A DNA stretch of 64,000 nucleotides, taken from assembly GCA_965644265.1 (NCBI GenBank), contig OZ286470.1:22568001-22632000 (forward strand). The letters run 5' to 3'. Position numbers and translations under genes: made by a program. The notes below the pieces were generated by a model, which had not been told where the DNA came from, did no database searches, and saw nothing but the letters and a program-made list of their open reading frames with translations. Source of the DNA: Glycera tridactyla (lineage: Eukaryota). Every line of letters begins with the position of its first letter. The first letter of the stretch is position 1. Positions 27,210-40,920 of this stretch are shown here, in pieces.

Positions 27210-27520
27210 TGTGAGCAGCGAGCCTGGGGAGTGCGAAGGTTGAAAGGGGACAAAGACTCGGCAACAATAGCGAGAATGACACGAACACGAAGCCTTACGC
27301 AGCCTCCACCAGGGGGCTGTTTCTCACTCAATTAAGCCGATTTGATTTAAATTGCCGAAGTATAATGTGATTTGAGAATGGTCGGAGTGAAATGAACATC
27401 GGCGTTGGCAGCTTGGAAACTCTTCAAGCGTGCCCCGAGAGGAGTTCATACAGCGTTGTCACGATACGTACCATCTCCCCATGCCTCACTTTTACTATAA
27501 CCAGAGTTTTGTCCGTCATC
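27210..27520. promoter_or_regulatory. CpG-rich patch with CTCF-like core and TAAT/TTAA cluster
   Basis: CCACCAGGGGGC at 27306-27317; CAATTAAGCCGATTTGATTTAAATTG. Confidence 0.5.
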
Positions 27521-29403
27521 TGCTAGGGACTGTTCCTGCCAAACAAATTCAATGTATATCAGCCGTTTACTAAGTGTCCAGAATCAATTCCTGGCTGGTA
27601 CTCACCAGCAGTGGCTTAATCCTGGACTTAATACTGGAGATAATTGAAAACTCAATACTTTGTCACCCTTTATTGATTGATTGCTCCTACTGGACAATCT
27701 AGCATCCCTTTCTAAACAGCTTTTCCCTGGTAGCATTACAGTACCTAATATTTATTGACATATATTCAGAGACTTCTGAATTACCCCATGGGTTTTGATG
27801 ATAGGCAATTTGCCAAGTGAAAGATACAATGAATCCTTGTATGAAACACCATTATCAAACGACCATCTGTCTTGAAAACAGCCCACTTCACTCTTGCTTC
27901 TTTGAAAAATAATAGGATAATTTCTCGAGGAGCAAGTAGCTGGTTTTTTCTTTGCCATAGCATTTTGCTGCCATTCTGGCTGGTCAAATGTACTTTGAAT
28001 AAAAGACAGTCGCTCCTCCAATATAAAGTATGGTCTGTGGTTCAAATCAAACCAAATCAAACCCCAAAATTCCAGACCTTTTCGGATGAATTTTATGATT
28101 TCAGGTTTTATACTGTGACCATTATTGTAGGCGTGGATATAAGAAATTGATGTAGAAATGCATGCTACAAAACCACAAGCCATCATGGAGAAGCTGGTAG
28201 TAGGCTATACTTCAGTTCTAATGAAAAGCATTTGCTGCAGCTGCTGTAGATGGGGAAAGGAAGGCCATGCCCCCCCCCCCCCCCCCCCCCCTAAACAATC
28301 ATCCCTCAGAACAACAGTTCTCTTGTGCTCGTGTAAATTATCATTTAAGGGGTTGCGGAAATGGCGAGTGGAGCACTACCTGGTGGTGGCGATGAGTATG
28401 ATTGTCGGTTTGCGGTAATTGTGTGATTATCGTTAGCGGTGGCGTTTGGCCGGGCTGTGGCATCAAAGTGGCTTCCTGTCTGCCCTGGTCTCCTGCAGGG
28501 AGCCCCCATTGTCTGAGAAGGACCCAGGCTATTGCTGTCACCATGGGGGGGGGGGGGGGGGTACACTATTATGCAAGTGAAAGCCAGTAGGCCGTATGTC
28601 CCACACTGACTGGAAATATGCTCAGGAATGAATCCAAGCTCAGTTGTGATGATATGTTTTGAAGAAAATCATCAAAAAACCACTACTGAGTCTCAGCGGG
28701 TAGGTTGCTAGGAAGGAGGGACTCCCCCCCCCCCCCCCCCCCCCCCCCCCATCAAAACAGAAATTCCGTGATAAATGCACCTCCTCTTCAACCACTTCAT
28801 TTATTTAAAGGGTCAAGCCAGTTTCTATCTCTATATCTGTCAATGAGCTGATGCTTGAAATTGTATAAATGGTGCAAAATCACCAAAATCACAATACTGA
28901 TGTAAGGAATATCTTATATAAGTAGAAAAAAAACAATGTAAGAATGAAACCATGTTTCATGATACATCAAATTCTCAGGAATGATCCAATTTCTTGTGGA
29001 TTTGATCCTGGTTCTCTAGCATGGCTCCGTCCACCTAGCCTTTGTACTGGGCAAGCCTATACTACTTCTTCTGAAATGGGACTATAGCTCACCTTACCAG
29101 GGGTATTACTGCTTATGTATCATAGATTCAGTCTGTATCTATGGCTGAATGCGGTATATGTGGATGGATCTGAAACTCGCCAGCCTTCCTGAATGTCTAC
29201 ACTATCCAGATATCTGTGCATGGGCACAAGACACAAGTCTGGAAAGTGTTGCACCAAAGCCTCTGATGTTTCTGCTTCAAGATGAGATTGTACGGATCGG
29301 CAGCTCATGCATGCTTCTTGTATACCGTACATGAAGATGCATACGCATGTAGATACTCCTGTACAGATACTTTCATATGCACACACATGCATGCATGCAT
29401 GCT

Positions 29404-29531
29404 NNNNNNNNNNNNNNNNNNNNNNNNNNNNNNNNNNNNNNNNNNNNNNNNNNNNNNNNNNNNNNNNNNNNNNNNNNNNNNNNNNNNNNNNNNNNNNNNN
29501 NNNNNNNNNNNNNNNNNNNNNNNNNNNNNNN
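29404..29531. other. N-run (128 nt), preceded by (GCAT)n
   Basis: Directly visible. Confidence 0.95.
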
Positions 29532-29562
29532 TGCTCCCTTTCTTGATATATCAGGGGGCAAA

Positions 29563-29709
29563 TACAGTTGATCCTGCTCTAAAGACCACCTCTCTATAAA
29601 GACCACCTTAGCTGCAACCATGGTAGTGTTTTCAATAGTATATGGCCTCTCTATAAAGACCACCTCCCCATAAAGACCACTTTTTGATGCAACCGAAAGT
29701 TCGACTGTA
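29563..29709. mobile_element. MITE, CAGT-TIR family
   Basis: TA-CAGTTGATCCTGCT ... GTTCGACTG-TA; four AAAGACCAC repeats. Confidence 0.75.
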
Positions 29710-30919
29710 ACTACAAATTTGGGAAGCCTGATGTAGGCAGCAAAGCATTGAAGGGTCATATGTGAGAAGGCATGGCTGGAGATTTACATAGAACAACATG
29801 AATATTACCTGTCAGTTTGATGACAAATTTATGCCTAGTTGCTGAGCTTGCCCTCGAGAGAGTGACACCATACAAGCATGGCATTATAAGCGCTCTCAGT
29901 TCTGAGTGTTTACAAGGCCATAATTCATCTCCCGATTGTCCTTGATTGATTCCTCAAATGTCACTCCGATTTCAAATTGACAGCAAAGAATGAAACTGAT
30001 GCACAGTTACTAACGATAAAGATGAGTAGATGGTCTCTTCATGATCGGATCATTTTTCCGATTTTTGTTGTGATTTTTGGGTTGGAAAAAATGATGAGGA
30101 GCTGTTAGGGTGCGAAGTGTACCCCGGGTTATGCATTATGAAGGTCATGTGTCCCTTTATTGGCCGTGCATACATTATGGAGAGTATCACCTGGATGGAG
30201 GTGTCGAAACAGCGCTGCCATGGCTACCTTGCACGTGCCGAGATTGCGTGCAAGATGGATCAGGTCATGTGACCACTGAGGTCACAGAGGGCATCGGATC
30301 ACAGGGGTCACATGACTGGTCATGTGACCGATAATCTGTGAAGTACAACATATTTATCCAACTTGTCCTTGCATGGAGAGGACAATGCGATGGAGACAAG
30401 AAAAAACAGGCATGGGAAACTAACATGAGCTTAGTGTAAACATGATATTTCCTCAAGTTTGTTATTCCCATCTCATATTCGGTACCATTTCGAACCAAAC
30501 AAAAATTTAATGCAGAGAAGGTAAAAAGTGATTTGTATAGATGTCATTTGATGTTTTGGAAAAACTCGCAGTTGTTTAATAGGTTTATTAGTAAGATCTC
30601 TTATTCGCTACCATATCTGAGTGGTGATCACAAAAACAAGATGGTTGTGAGTAAGCAAAGGTGCTCATTAATGTTGAAGATATCTTCATTTCAATGTTCA
30701 GTTCACTGTTTGATTGATTGACCAATAGTTGATCAACTGAGTGAGTGATGAGGAGATGAGCGAGCGATAATTCAAGTGATTTTTTTTCCATTGTCATCAT
30801 TTCGAAAAAGTCATGCAAGGGTTGAGGACATTAGACATATTTCAGCATGATTGTGCATATGGCACTTATTAAGTTTATTGTTTATGAGGCTATCACCAAG
30901 ATTGCAGGGACTCATCTTT

Positions 30920-31420
30920 GCCGCAGACGCCCCCTCCACCCATCACTTTAATTCTTTAGTGGCAATCGCATTATGAAACTTACGCCTAAAAGCCTGGCGT
31001 TATTAAAACAATTACACGTGCAGCTATCTCAGCATGTGTGTGTCGGCTATGCCCCCTGGTGTCGTAACAGATTAAAGATAATCACGCGGGATGATAATCC
31101 TGTGAGTGTTGTGTGCGATTTTCGCTGGGATTTCTTTGATAGCGTCGACGCTCACCTGGGACAAATTAAACTTGACCACCTTTTATCGCGCCTCACGCCT
31201 TTGTGTTTAAATCCATTAGATCGTAATACGGTCATCACCTGACTGTCCCCTACCCCCTGCAGGCTCCGTCAATGTGCGTCCATTTCCCCCACGTGTCAGT
31301 GCCAACCATTTTGGGTAGTCATGCATGTTCGAATGAACCTGGATGTTTCCTTGTTGGCCATCGTTGGGAATGAACAGCTTCATCGAAAGTGGAAATTGCA
31401 TGCCCCCCCCCCCCCCATAT
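30920..31420. promoter_or_regulatory. CpG-rich patch
   Basis: Dense CpGs; two CACGTG; several ATTA/TAAT sites; poly-C at the right edge. Confidence 0.5.
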
Positions 31421-32358
31421 CTTGGTTCAGGAGTGGGTCCTGAAACTGGAAAATGTGTTCCTGTTAAGGATGAACGATTTAGAGCTTTTGTTGTTCTGGC
31501 AAAAAAGAAATGCACATCAAAGATTTTGTGGATGTATGCCTGACATTGTGATCGGGAATTGAACATACATGGTTGTTAGTTAAGCCTGCTTGATTTAGTT
31601 TGGATCATAAGTAATGATACCATATCCATGGTGATGAGAGTTGCCATAGTTACCAGAACGCTAGCGAGATCAAGAAAAATCCTGTCTGTTGGTCATTAAA
31701 GAAATGAATTCAAATTAGATCACCTTTGAAAAAAGAGAATAGATACTTGATCGAAGAAAACTTAACCAGCATTTCTGTGCCGATTTTAGGTGGAAAGTTG
31801 ATGATTTGACGAAACAGACTTGCATGTCACATTCTGGCATTGTTGAATTCTGTCAGTTCATAATCGTGCCCATTTCAATAGAAAAAGTGTGGATGCTCAG
31901 GTTTTGCATGGCATCCATTTCTATTCAGGATCTGTCGCTGATGGCGGTTGGTCGGTTGTATACATTTGAGTATATTCTGTATACAGTCAGCTGTTTCCCT
32001 TTCAACATCTGCTCTTTTGAGCTGACGCACACCTGAGTTCTGCTCATTAGTCAACTTGCCATATGTGTAGATGGGATTTTCTGTGTCCATCCTAAATTTC
32101 GACTTATTTCCATGCCCCAGAATGCGAAATGAACCTGGAAAATACCCCTTCTAAAATGTGCAACATTGCCATTTTTGAGGCACTTTCCTTTAGATTTGAA
32201 ATTGTGCTCTTTTTTGATATCTATTGGGAAGGTTTTATGGTGAAAATTTGGAATTTTCTGACTGTAGCATATGTTGCTTATAATGTCCCATGTAACATGT
32301 GTACTTTTGCTGAGGCAGTTGTTGTCATGGTGGGATGGTTGACCCCCAGCCAAATGTG

Positions 32359-32495
32359 NNNNNNNNNNNNNNNNNNNNNNNNNNNNNNNNNNNNNNNNNN
32401 NNNNNNNNNNNNNNNNNNNNNNNNNNNNNNNNNNNNNNNNNNNNNNNNNNNNNNNNNNNNNNNNNNNNNNNNNNNNNNNNNNNNNNNNNNNNNNN
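32359..32495. other. N-run (137 nt)
   Basis: Directly visible. Confidence 0.95.
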
Positions 32496-33039
32496 TTTGT
32501 CACAATGTTCTCATCCTCAAAAACCCAAAGTATCTGGAATCACAGGGTCATTTGGCTTCTAGGGCCATTTAGCCTTTGTATGTATCATGGTAAGGGTTGG
32601 GGGGGGGGGGTGCATTGGCTACCATTCAAGGGAATTTACAGCATGCTGTGGGGGGGGGGGGGGGTTATAACAATGGCCAGTAGAATGGGTGATCAACCCT
32701 CCTTTATAAGTGTATGACACATGCTCCTCTGTCACTATATATATAGGGCCGGCTTGTTGCCTGGGGCTAGGTAGCCCCAAACTGCAGAATTATGTACCAG
32801 AGATTTCCCATGAGGTGAAACTGCCTTGGGATTTCATGAAGCTGAAGGCTGAGTGGACTTCCTAGGTGGTACTCGTCAGGGAGTCCGACACTGATTTTAT
32901 CCAACAAACATGGGTTCTTGCTTTTGTGCCATTTTGAATATTTCAAACTTGTGTCCAAGACCCTCCTCCATTGATTCACCCCTTGACATTTTCTGCAGTA
33001 TCCCTGTATTTCCACAGCGATAACTCAATTGAAAATCAG

Positions 33040-33040
33040 G

Positions 33041-33080
<40 letters not shown>

Positions 33081-33109
33081 CGTGCGCGCGTGCGTGTGTG
33101 TGTGTGTGT
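33040..33109. repeat. (GT)n/(GCGT)n microsatellite
   Basis: Visible run. Confidence 0.95.
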
Positions 33110-33729
33110 CACTCCGACAGCAGTTCAACCATGAATTATTATATTTCCTCATCTCAAATACACACTGATTGGGCTACCTCAGTCAATTATTAAAGTTGAA
33201 TATCCGCTCTTCTTGAGTATCACTAATGAAATTTTGAATAGTATTGGATCATTTATGATGAGGTTTATAACTGGCAATATTTATTCATATCATCCTTCTG
33301 TCACCTAATTTCTAAGGCAGTTAGCTTTCCCAGTTAGTAGATTATATTGAAAGATATGTACTGCTACAATGGAGATCCATGGTTTGAATGAACATTTTGA
33401 CAATGAATTGATTTATCTTACCTATTTCTGCGTTGTTGTTTTGTATCAAAGATATTTGTCAGAAGTTATTTTGAACTTGCTTTCCTTACTATTCAATATC
33501 ATATTTATAACCTACTTTTGAAAAAGCGGGTAATTTCTTCATTATGTTTGGATTTTTTCGGGTGATTCATGAATGAATTTGAGGTGTAATTATTGTTTGA
33601 ATTATACATTTTTCAATCTCTTTTTCAGACATCTAATTCCAGATTCTGGTTTTACTACCTACATATCCTGTTTTTTGAATATTGCACTTTTGTCTCTACC
33701 ACACTCCAGTTTTGACTTTATATTTGGTT

Positions 33730-33990
33730 TGTGGCTGCGTCAATGCGTGCATATTGCTCCGCCGTTCATTTGTTTTTGAGTTTTTGTGGCTAATTTATTT
33801 ACGTTGCTTGTGCTCTCGTTTGTTTTTCAGTCAGCCACCAGAACCAGGGTTACTCTGACGTTTACTCCCAGCAAGGTAGACATTCAACCAATTCTATATC
33901 TACTCCTTTCCGCAGCCTCTTTGTGGTTCCGTGACCGCCACCGCCGTCACGGGACAAACATCTCCACAGCTTGCGCCACGTCTGTCTCAA
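33730..33990. promoter_or_regulatory. CpG-rich patch
   Basis: Dense CpGs after a long AT-rich, CpG-poor spacer. Confidence 0.45.
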
Positions 33991-34635
33991 AACTTGAATC
34001 AATCTATAATCAAACTCCTTTCAAGCAGACATCAAAAACTCATATGTTTAGGGTGATTGAAATCACCCAATATGAGACATTTCATGAGAAATCACAATCC
34101 ACTATTGGTAAAACGTGGGTTATTGAAAAGAGAAAATTGAAAGTTAAGTCTGCTCTGAGGATAATGTATTTGTACTGTTATGTGAGTCAGTGGTCCTCAG
34201 TTCTATAGAGTTTTGTCTTTTTGAAATCCAATGCAATTCTCGTAGAAATCTTCACCATCTACGTGTAATGAGATGATACAAGAACTTAGTGAAATGAGCC
34301 TCAAGTCTCATGTCTTTGAACTGATATGCATTTTCCATCTGGCAATATATCCACCAAATATTGGCCAGTGGTAAGATTTGTATTCATCTGGACAACTGAA
34401 AGAAATAGTTTACATGCATATTTTGAAAGAAACACAAAATCATTCAAGTGGCACAACGGTAGGAGATGTTAAACCACAACTATCCATGGCTTCATCTGAG
34501 AACACTGAAATCATCACCGCCCATCACGATAGCGACTTGCGATCCAAATCCAGCTTTCATGCACTCGCACTCACATAATTTCACAAATATTGCTAAAAGG
34601 TGTACTCTTATGATATCAGACTGACATGAACTGCA

Positions 34636-34726
34636 CAGTCAAACCTGTGTTCAAGACCACCTGTCTATGGTATCCTCTCTGAAGAGACTACCCACAATTG
34701 CGGTAGTACTATACGACAGGTTTGAT
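34636..34726. mobile_element. Short degenerate MITE, CAGT-TIR family
   Basis: CAGTCAAACCTGTG ... GACAGGTTTGAT. Confidence 0.65.
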
Positions 34727-36719
34727 TCCTCACTGTTGCATGATTTTGCAAGTTTCTCACATTATTTCACTTTGTAGACTTACATCCATAGGGAACGGAG
34801 GCCATTTTAAGCATTTCATTGAATGTGAGCCCAATCAGGGGTCTTGTTGTCCCCAAAATCATTATGAGCATTTCACTTTCTGACATGGAGTGAAACCGTT
34901 TTTGGAATGTCTGTGAGTAAATGCCTTCTCTATTCAAATCTAAAGGGGCAAATGTCCCTAATCGCTATGGTTCCTACAGTCTCGGAAAATGTTTGAGATT
35001 CATTTCCAGTGTCCCTCAGGAACTCATGTTCTATAATGGCCCTGTTCTTATACCATCGTTGATATCTGTTGTCTGAATCATATAGGCTCGGCCAATTGAC
35101 TGTCATATTTTACACCTCTGAAAATTTACCAATTGATGTGTGTGGTATAATTGTAAGAAATCATGGCTGTGGGTGATTTAAGCTGTATCCTACTTAGTGA
35201 TATTTGTATTAGAATATCACCAGGCATTTGTCGTCCTAAACTAAAGCCACCAGGTGGTATACAGCCTGAATCTTCCATGTGTATGATGCTTATTAATATA
35301 TTACACAGATGATGGTGGTGCTCTCTTATGAAGCCATGCTCCAATCTAGATACTGTAGTGGGTAGTGTATATATGATATTATGTGGTGTAACATAGTGGT
35401 GAGTAGTTGGTATCAAATAGACGAGACAACTCAAGATCGTATGCAGATGTCAATGCTCAGATTATTGAGCAAATGTACCCTTACCATATGCACGCGCGCA
35501 CGGGCATGCATGTTTGTACACCCCCACAGACAGACATGTTCAAATAATGAATAGAAGCCTGTGTATGTTCTGTTGCTTGCTTTTCTTCGCTTTTCACAAT
35601 TGTAATGCTTTTGTGTTGCATTTAGACAGGGTAGAAGATCCTACAAATCATGATACCATAACTTTGATAATCTGTTATACCTCTGAACTTATCAGACCCT
35701 TAAAAACGTTTAAAAATTTGATTGCTCTTTCAAGAATACTGAAATGGTTATACTTACGACGTAAAAAAAGAAATTCGCTGAGTTTTAGTTTTTCTATGGT
35801 ATCTCTGAAGTACTCCTGAAGTAGACATTGGAGAATTATCTCGAAAAAGTTATTATTACGATTTTCCTAGCCATAGAATTCCCTTGAAAATCCCAGGATT
35901 TTGTTGCCACTGTATTTAAGGGTACCTTTCATGAAGATTCCTACATGGTTTTCTAGTGGACAAGATTGAAACTTTCAATTGATAGAAATTTTCTTCACAT
36001 ATAGTGACTTATTAGCCCCCCAAGGAGATACTGAATTCAAGGATAATAGCTTTCTGGTGAACAAAATGGAAAATTTCAACTATATGCAGTGTATGGTAAC
36101 CTCAAGTTAACCTTATGCAATGATCCCCTCAGCATCCCCCCCCCCCTCCCCCTTCCACCGACCCCCCACACAATAACCATCTCAAGCAGGGTCTCAGAGG
36201 CAGCCATGTATGCACTCTTGTCGGCCACCACGTGTTCATGTTCCCACAGAAAATTACGTAAGTTGCCAGATTAGCGGGCAGCAGTCCTTGTCTTGGATGA
36301 TCCCCCGGAGTTTGTGGTAGCCAGCGTTCCCGGCTTTGTCAGCATCATTTGCCATGGTAACCAGAAGGTGGTCTTGGACCCTTTAACCACCAAAGACAAA
36401 TATCAATTACTGTCATTTCTTCGATCATTCGTCATTGTTCAATTAAACAGTCCGTACTTCGGAGTACACTCCATTATCTAATACAACAATTGAACATCAT
36501 ATTGGACCCTCGCATTCCAAGTTTTGAACATTATTTGTGAAGAGTTTCAGCCATGTCTGTCAAATAATTAGATGTAAATTTGCACATTGTCGGACATTTT
36601 CCTTGAAGGAATATGATCCATCATGCTAGACTTTTATCCAGACAGAATTCTAGATTATGTCTCACAGTAGGGATTTTCCCTCTAACAGTTATATTATTTT
36701 TTCTTAGATACTGCATCTT

Positions 36720-36990
36720 CTTGGAATGAGGCGGAAGCGAAAGTGTTAAAATGGCAGGATGACTTAACCGATTTAACCGTGTGCTCATCTCCCCATTAAA
36801 TCATCGCTGAGCAGCATTCGATTTTTTACGTCTCTCGATCATCTTGCGTCTTTGGCAGAAACATTAAATAATTATGTGATTTAATTTTGATGGCAGCTTA
36901 ATTACGGTGTAATGCATTAGAGAAATGTTTTGTTGAACAAGCCACGAAGACGAGGCCGGCTCATGCGACCACACTAAAACTCGCCATCAA
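36720..36990. promoter_or_regulatory. CpG-rich patch with dense homeodomain-like TAAT/ATTA cluster
   Basis: About 8-9 TAAT/ATTA cores within 36795-36920. Confidence 0.5.
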
Positions 36991-39087
36991 CCCTACTAAA
37001 AAAAAAAAAAAGGATGTACTGTATAGCATTTGTAGCATAAATCTCATCATTGGAGTAGCTTCTATAATTTAGACAAAGCAAATGTGAGGTACTGCATTCT
37101 CACCATTCTTGGTACCCCGATCGACTTTTCAGAGTGTGTCCTGTGATGCATCTAGTCCCGATATGGAGATGAGGGTGTTTGAAATAAATTTCATTTCATA
37201 ACACATGCTCATAAAGTAATGTTAATGTACACATCGAAGTTTTCTCTTGCATCCAAAGGACTCATCAATGACTTGACTGAAAAGTCATGCTTCATTTTGA
37301 GTGCATGAAATAAGCAGAATGCAACTGGAAATGCCTTACTGAATGTGTGACAAATTTTTGCTTCCGGTGGAGTTTGAATTCCGTTTGCATCTTCGGCCCT
37401 CGGAAGGAGATGGCGACTGCATGAGGGTGTGATTCATTCGTGCCTCGTTACTGAAGCCGTCATATATAAATAGCACATATATCTGATGTAGGTGCCATGC
37501 GAACTTCTCCTAGATCATTTCCTGACATGTCCGTCACACTTTTTGCGCCGTCCCAAGAGCCTGTCTTGTCTACCATGGACACGGTGCCAAAGACGCTCGT
37601 TCTCAATGTTTTGTTCGTATAATAAGCGCTTAAACAAAATTGCATTTGTTCAATCCACATTTTTTCAATTTTGGTCTTCTGTGGTTGCTCAATCTAAGGC
37701 ATGGACACTGGAACTTTACAAGTGTTCGTACAATTCACTCGTGATAGTTGCGCGCTTTCGATATTTTTGGATGTAATTCATTTTCAATCCACAAGCTTGA
37801 ATAAATTTACTTACTCTTGTTTTTATCTTTGATATCTTGGCTTGAAGCACAAAGATTTTATATAAAATGCATGGAGTGTTGGTTGATATTTTCATCTTGA
37901 AAAGTTGGCAAAAAATTATAGGGTGTTATTTATTAAATTGAGAGAAAGGGAAGATTTGTAGGGAAGAAATCATGCACAATTTCAAGAACAAAGAATAAGT
38001 TTCAAAATGTAGAATGGTGGATGCTCACTGAGAATTTTTATTCGTTGAAAGTAGGTTTCAATGTGTCGTGTAGCTGAGAAAAGTTCGAGATAGCAGTTGC
38101 AGTGCCATAACACTGATCGCTGCGTAGTACCAGCAGAGTTGTGTAGTATAGAAGTGGTGTACATCAATGGCATGGCACACATATGCACAATGATGTCAAT
38201 GTGGTGCTATTTTGTGATAAACGGGTGTTGTAGTTGTGGCCACATAAGATAATCATTAATATGGATCTGACTCAATCAATGCCTCGCTCTCACACACATT
38301 AGCATCCTGCTCTAGATGCTAGGTCCCAATACTATAAAATCTCCGCCACTGTTCTCACCCGCCCACCTCCCCAACGACGACGACAAAGATGTCGACATCG
38401 ACATCGATGCCCTTACTCTATATATATACTCATGCTCGTGAGTCAATACCCCCCTTCAGTCTACAAACCCACATTGATTGCTGTACCTCAGACCTAGTTT
38501 AGCACAGAGTGGGTACCCTACTTGGTCGATTGCAGAATCTACCATTTCCCCACACTTTAGTTACTTCAGTTTAAACTAATTTTGTTCCAAATTGTTAATG
38601 AAACTAGTCTGAATTTTTCAAATCATCCATGGTGGATGTTTCGCTGTTTGATCATACTAGTAATTTTGAGTTTGTTATTTGGATGAAAAACTTTATTGTC
38701 AATTGGAAACTTTTCCAAATTATATTCAGTTCTTTTGAGCACCTTAATCGCAGCTTCTCATGAGTGCTAGGTGTTAAACTGCTCAATTATATATCTAAAT
38801 TGGTATTCTAGGAAACTAAATATTTGAAGTTATAACACACAATGTTTTAGCTAAATATTTGATTATACTTTAACCTTTTTAACTTGACCTTTTACTTTTT
38901 ATAAATGATTGTAGATAACTTTGCATGATCCATGTTTACAGTAGAATTTTAGTGAGAATGTATATGTGCTGAAAAAGATGTTGAACTCATCTTGGTTGGT
39001 CAGATATATTTTGACAATGCTTACCCGAGTTGTGCATTTGGTTCTGAGACACTCTGCCACTGCGACTTTACAACCAGCCATACCAGG

Positions 39088-39597
39088 ACACCACATCACA
39101 TTACGCCACACCACACCACACCACACCACACCATACCACACCACACCACACCACACCACGCCACACCACACCACANNNNNNNNNNNNNNNNNNNNNNNNN
39201 NNNNNNNNNNNNNNNNNNNNNNNNNNNNNNNNNNNNNNNNNNNNNNNNNNNNNNNNNNNNNNNNNNNNNNNNNNNNNNNNNNNNNNNNNNNNNNNNNNNN
39301 NNNNNNNNNNNNNNNNNNNNNNNNNNNNNNNNACACCACACCTCACCACACCTCACCACACCAGACCACACCACACCTCACCACACCTCACCTCACCTCA
39401 CCACACCACACCTCACCTCACCTCACCTCACCACCACACCAAACACCACACCCCAACAAACACCACACCTCACCACACCACACCACATCTCACCACACCA
39501 CACCACACCACACCACACCTCACCACACCTCACCTCACCTCACCACCACACCAAACACCACACCCCAACAAACACCACACAACACCACACCAAACCA
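39088..39597. repeat. (CACCA)n/(CACCT)n pentanucleotide microsatellite with internal N-run 39176-39332
   Basis: Visible run; explains the TTPHH pseudo-ORFs. Confidence 0.95.
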
Positions 39598-40341
39598 CTG
39601 TCAACTACATCTATGGTTTTAACAGTAATTGCCAATGGTTACATCTTCAGGCTCAGTTCTTCTTAATTGTGTTTGTTGAGTAATTCACAATTAAAAATAT
39701 CTCCAACTCAAAGTCAGCCAAATTTTCCCACCATTTTGTTTGAGGTCTACCGTGATAATGGATGGAGGAATCAGACGATCCAGCTTGGAAACATGTGACA
39801 AGTCCGTATCTAGGACTACTTTATTCGCACAAAACACGGTCTGCGCTCGTAACCTCGCACATTCTGATGAATTATTCACAATATTAATTGGCGAGATTTC
39901 TTAACACAGTTTCGAGCTTGACCTATAATTGAATGTTTTCCCTGCTGAGTTACACACATCATCCTGGCTAAAAATCATGATAAAGTAGTTACAGTTTGTC
40001 CCGAGAATTATTTCTGGTCCTTTTGCAACTGGTGAAATGAAATGACTATCCGCTGTTGCAGGGCAGCTGGTTGAACCCATTTATTCAGTATGTGTGTAAC
40101 TCGATTGACATGAATAGAGAATAAGAACGAACAAAAAATCCACCCTGTGAAAACAGAGCCGGGTGGTTAAACATAAACTAATCATTAAATTATATGTGTC
40201 TCATAATTTATGGTGGATGTCTTGCCTTGTTAAACACATGTGTGACCATATAATTTTAATGGTGTTGTGCACTTGACGCCATGCTGATCTGGCGTGGATC
40301 CCACGTTGTGCCTACTCCAGCGATCCTGGATCCTGGGTTTG

Positions 40342-40397
40342 GGTGTGTGTGTGTGTGTGTGTGTGAGTGCGTGCGTGCGTGCATGAGTGTGTGTGCG
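40342..40397. repeat. (GT)n/(GCGT)n microsatellite
   Basis: Visible run. Confidence 0.9.
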
Positions 40398-40800
40398 TTG
40401 CTGGGTTCCCTCGAAGATGCAGAGCCTTTTAGCGAGTAATTTCAGCAAAATGGAAATCATTTCAGCAAGGGGGTGGGTGGGGGTGGTTGGTTGGGGGCAT
40501 ATGTAGTCCTCTCATCCATCTTTGTCATAACAATACATGTATGTGAAACTGATACAATGAACCTTTAGTTGACAGATGTCCTCAAAGTAACTCTTATCCA
40601 TATGTTACCACGGGAACATGTGATCCTTCCCGTCATGTGAACCCCCTCCCCCTGTATGAACACAGATGCATGGGTTGGAGGCATCCGTTCTCATTCTGAC
40701 ATTCCAAACATTGCCAAAAATGGAATGGCAATTTGGCCCTATTGATGAAGATTGCAGTATGAGGATTGCTGGAATAGCAGATATTCAACTCTGCTCAATG

Positions 40801-40920
40801 TACAGTCAAACTTGTCCTAAGGGCAGGTAAATTATAGTGGGAAAACCTCCAGCAAGAAATTTTGGCTGCTATAGGCAGGGCTGCTTTGTACAGTGGCTGC
40901 TCAGGACAGGTTAGACTGTA
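40801..40920. mobile_element. MITE, CAGT-TIR family, TA-flanked
   Basis: TA-CAGTCAAACTTGTCCT ... AGGACAGGTTAGACTG-TA. Confidence 0.8.

Noticed and set aside
27752-28186. 144-aa ORF on the minus strand
   Set aside because: No recognisable domain; part of it reads through degenerate MITE-like sequence (ACCATCTGTCTTGAAAACAGCCCACTT).
38966-39666. 218/224-aa TTPHH-rich ORFs
   Set aside because: Translation of the (CACCA)n microsatellite and an N-run.
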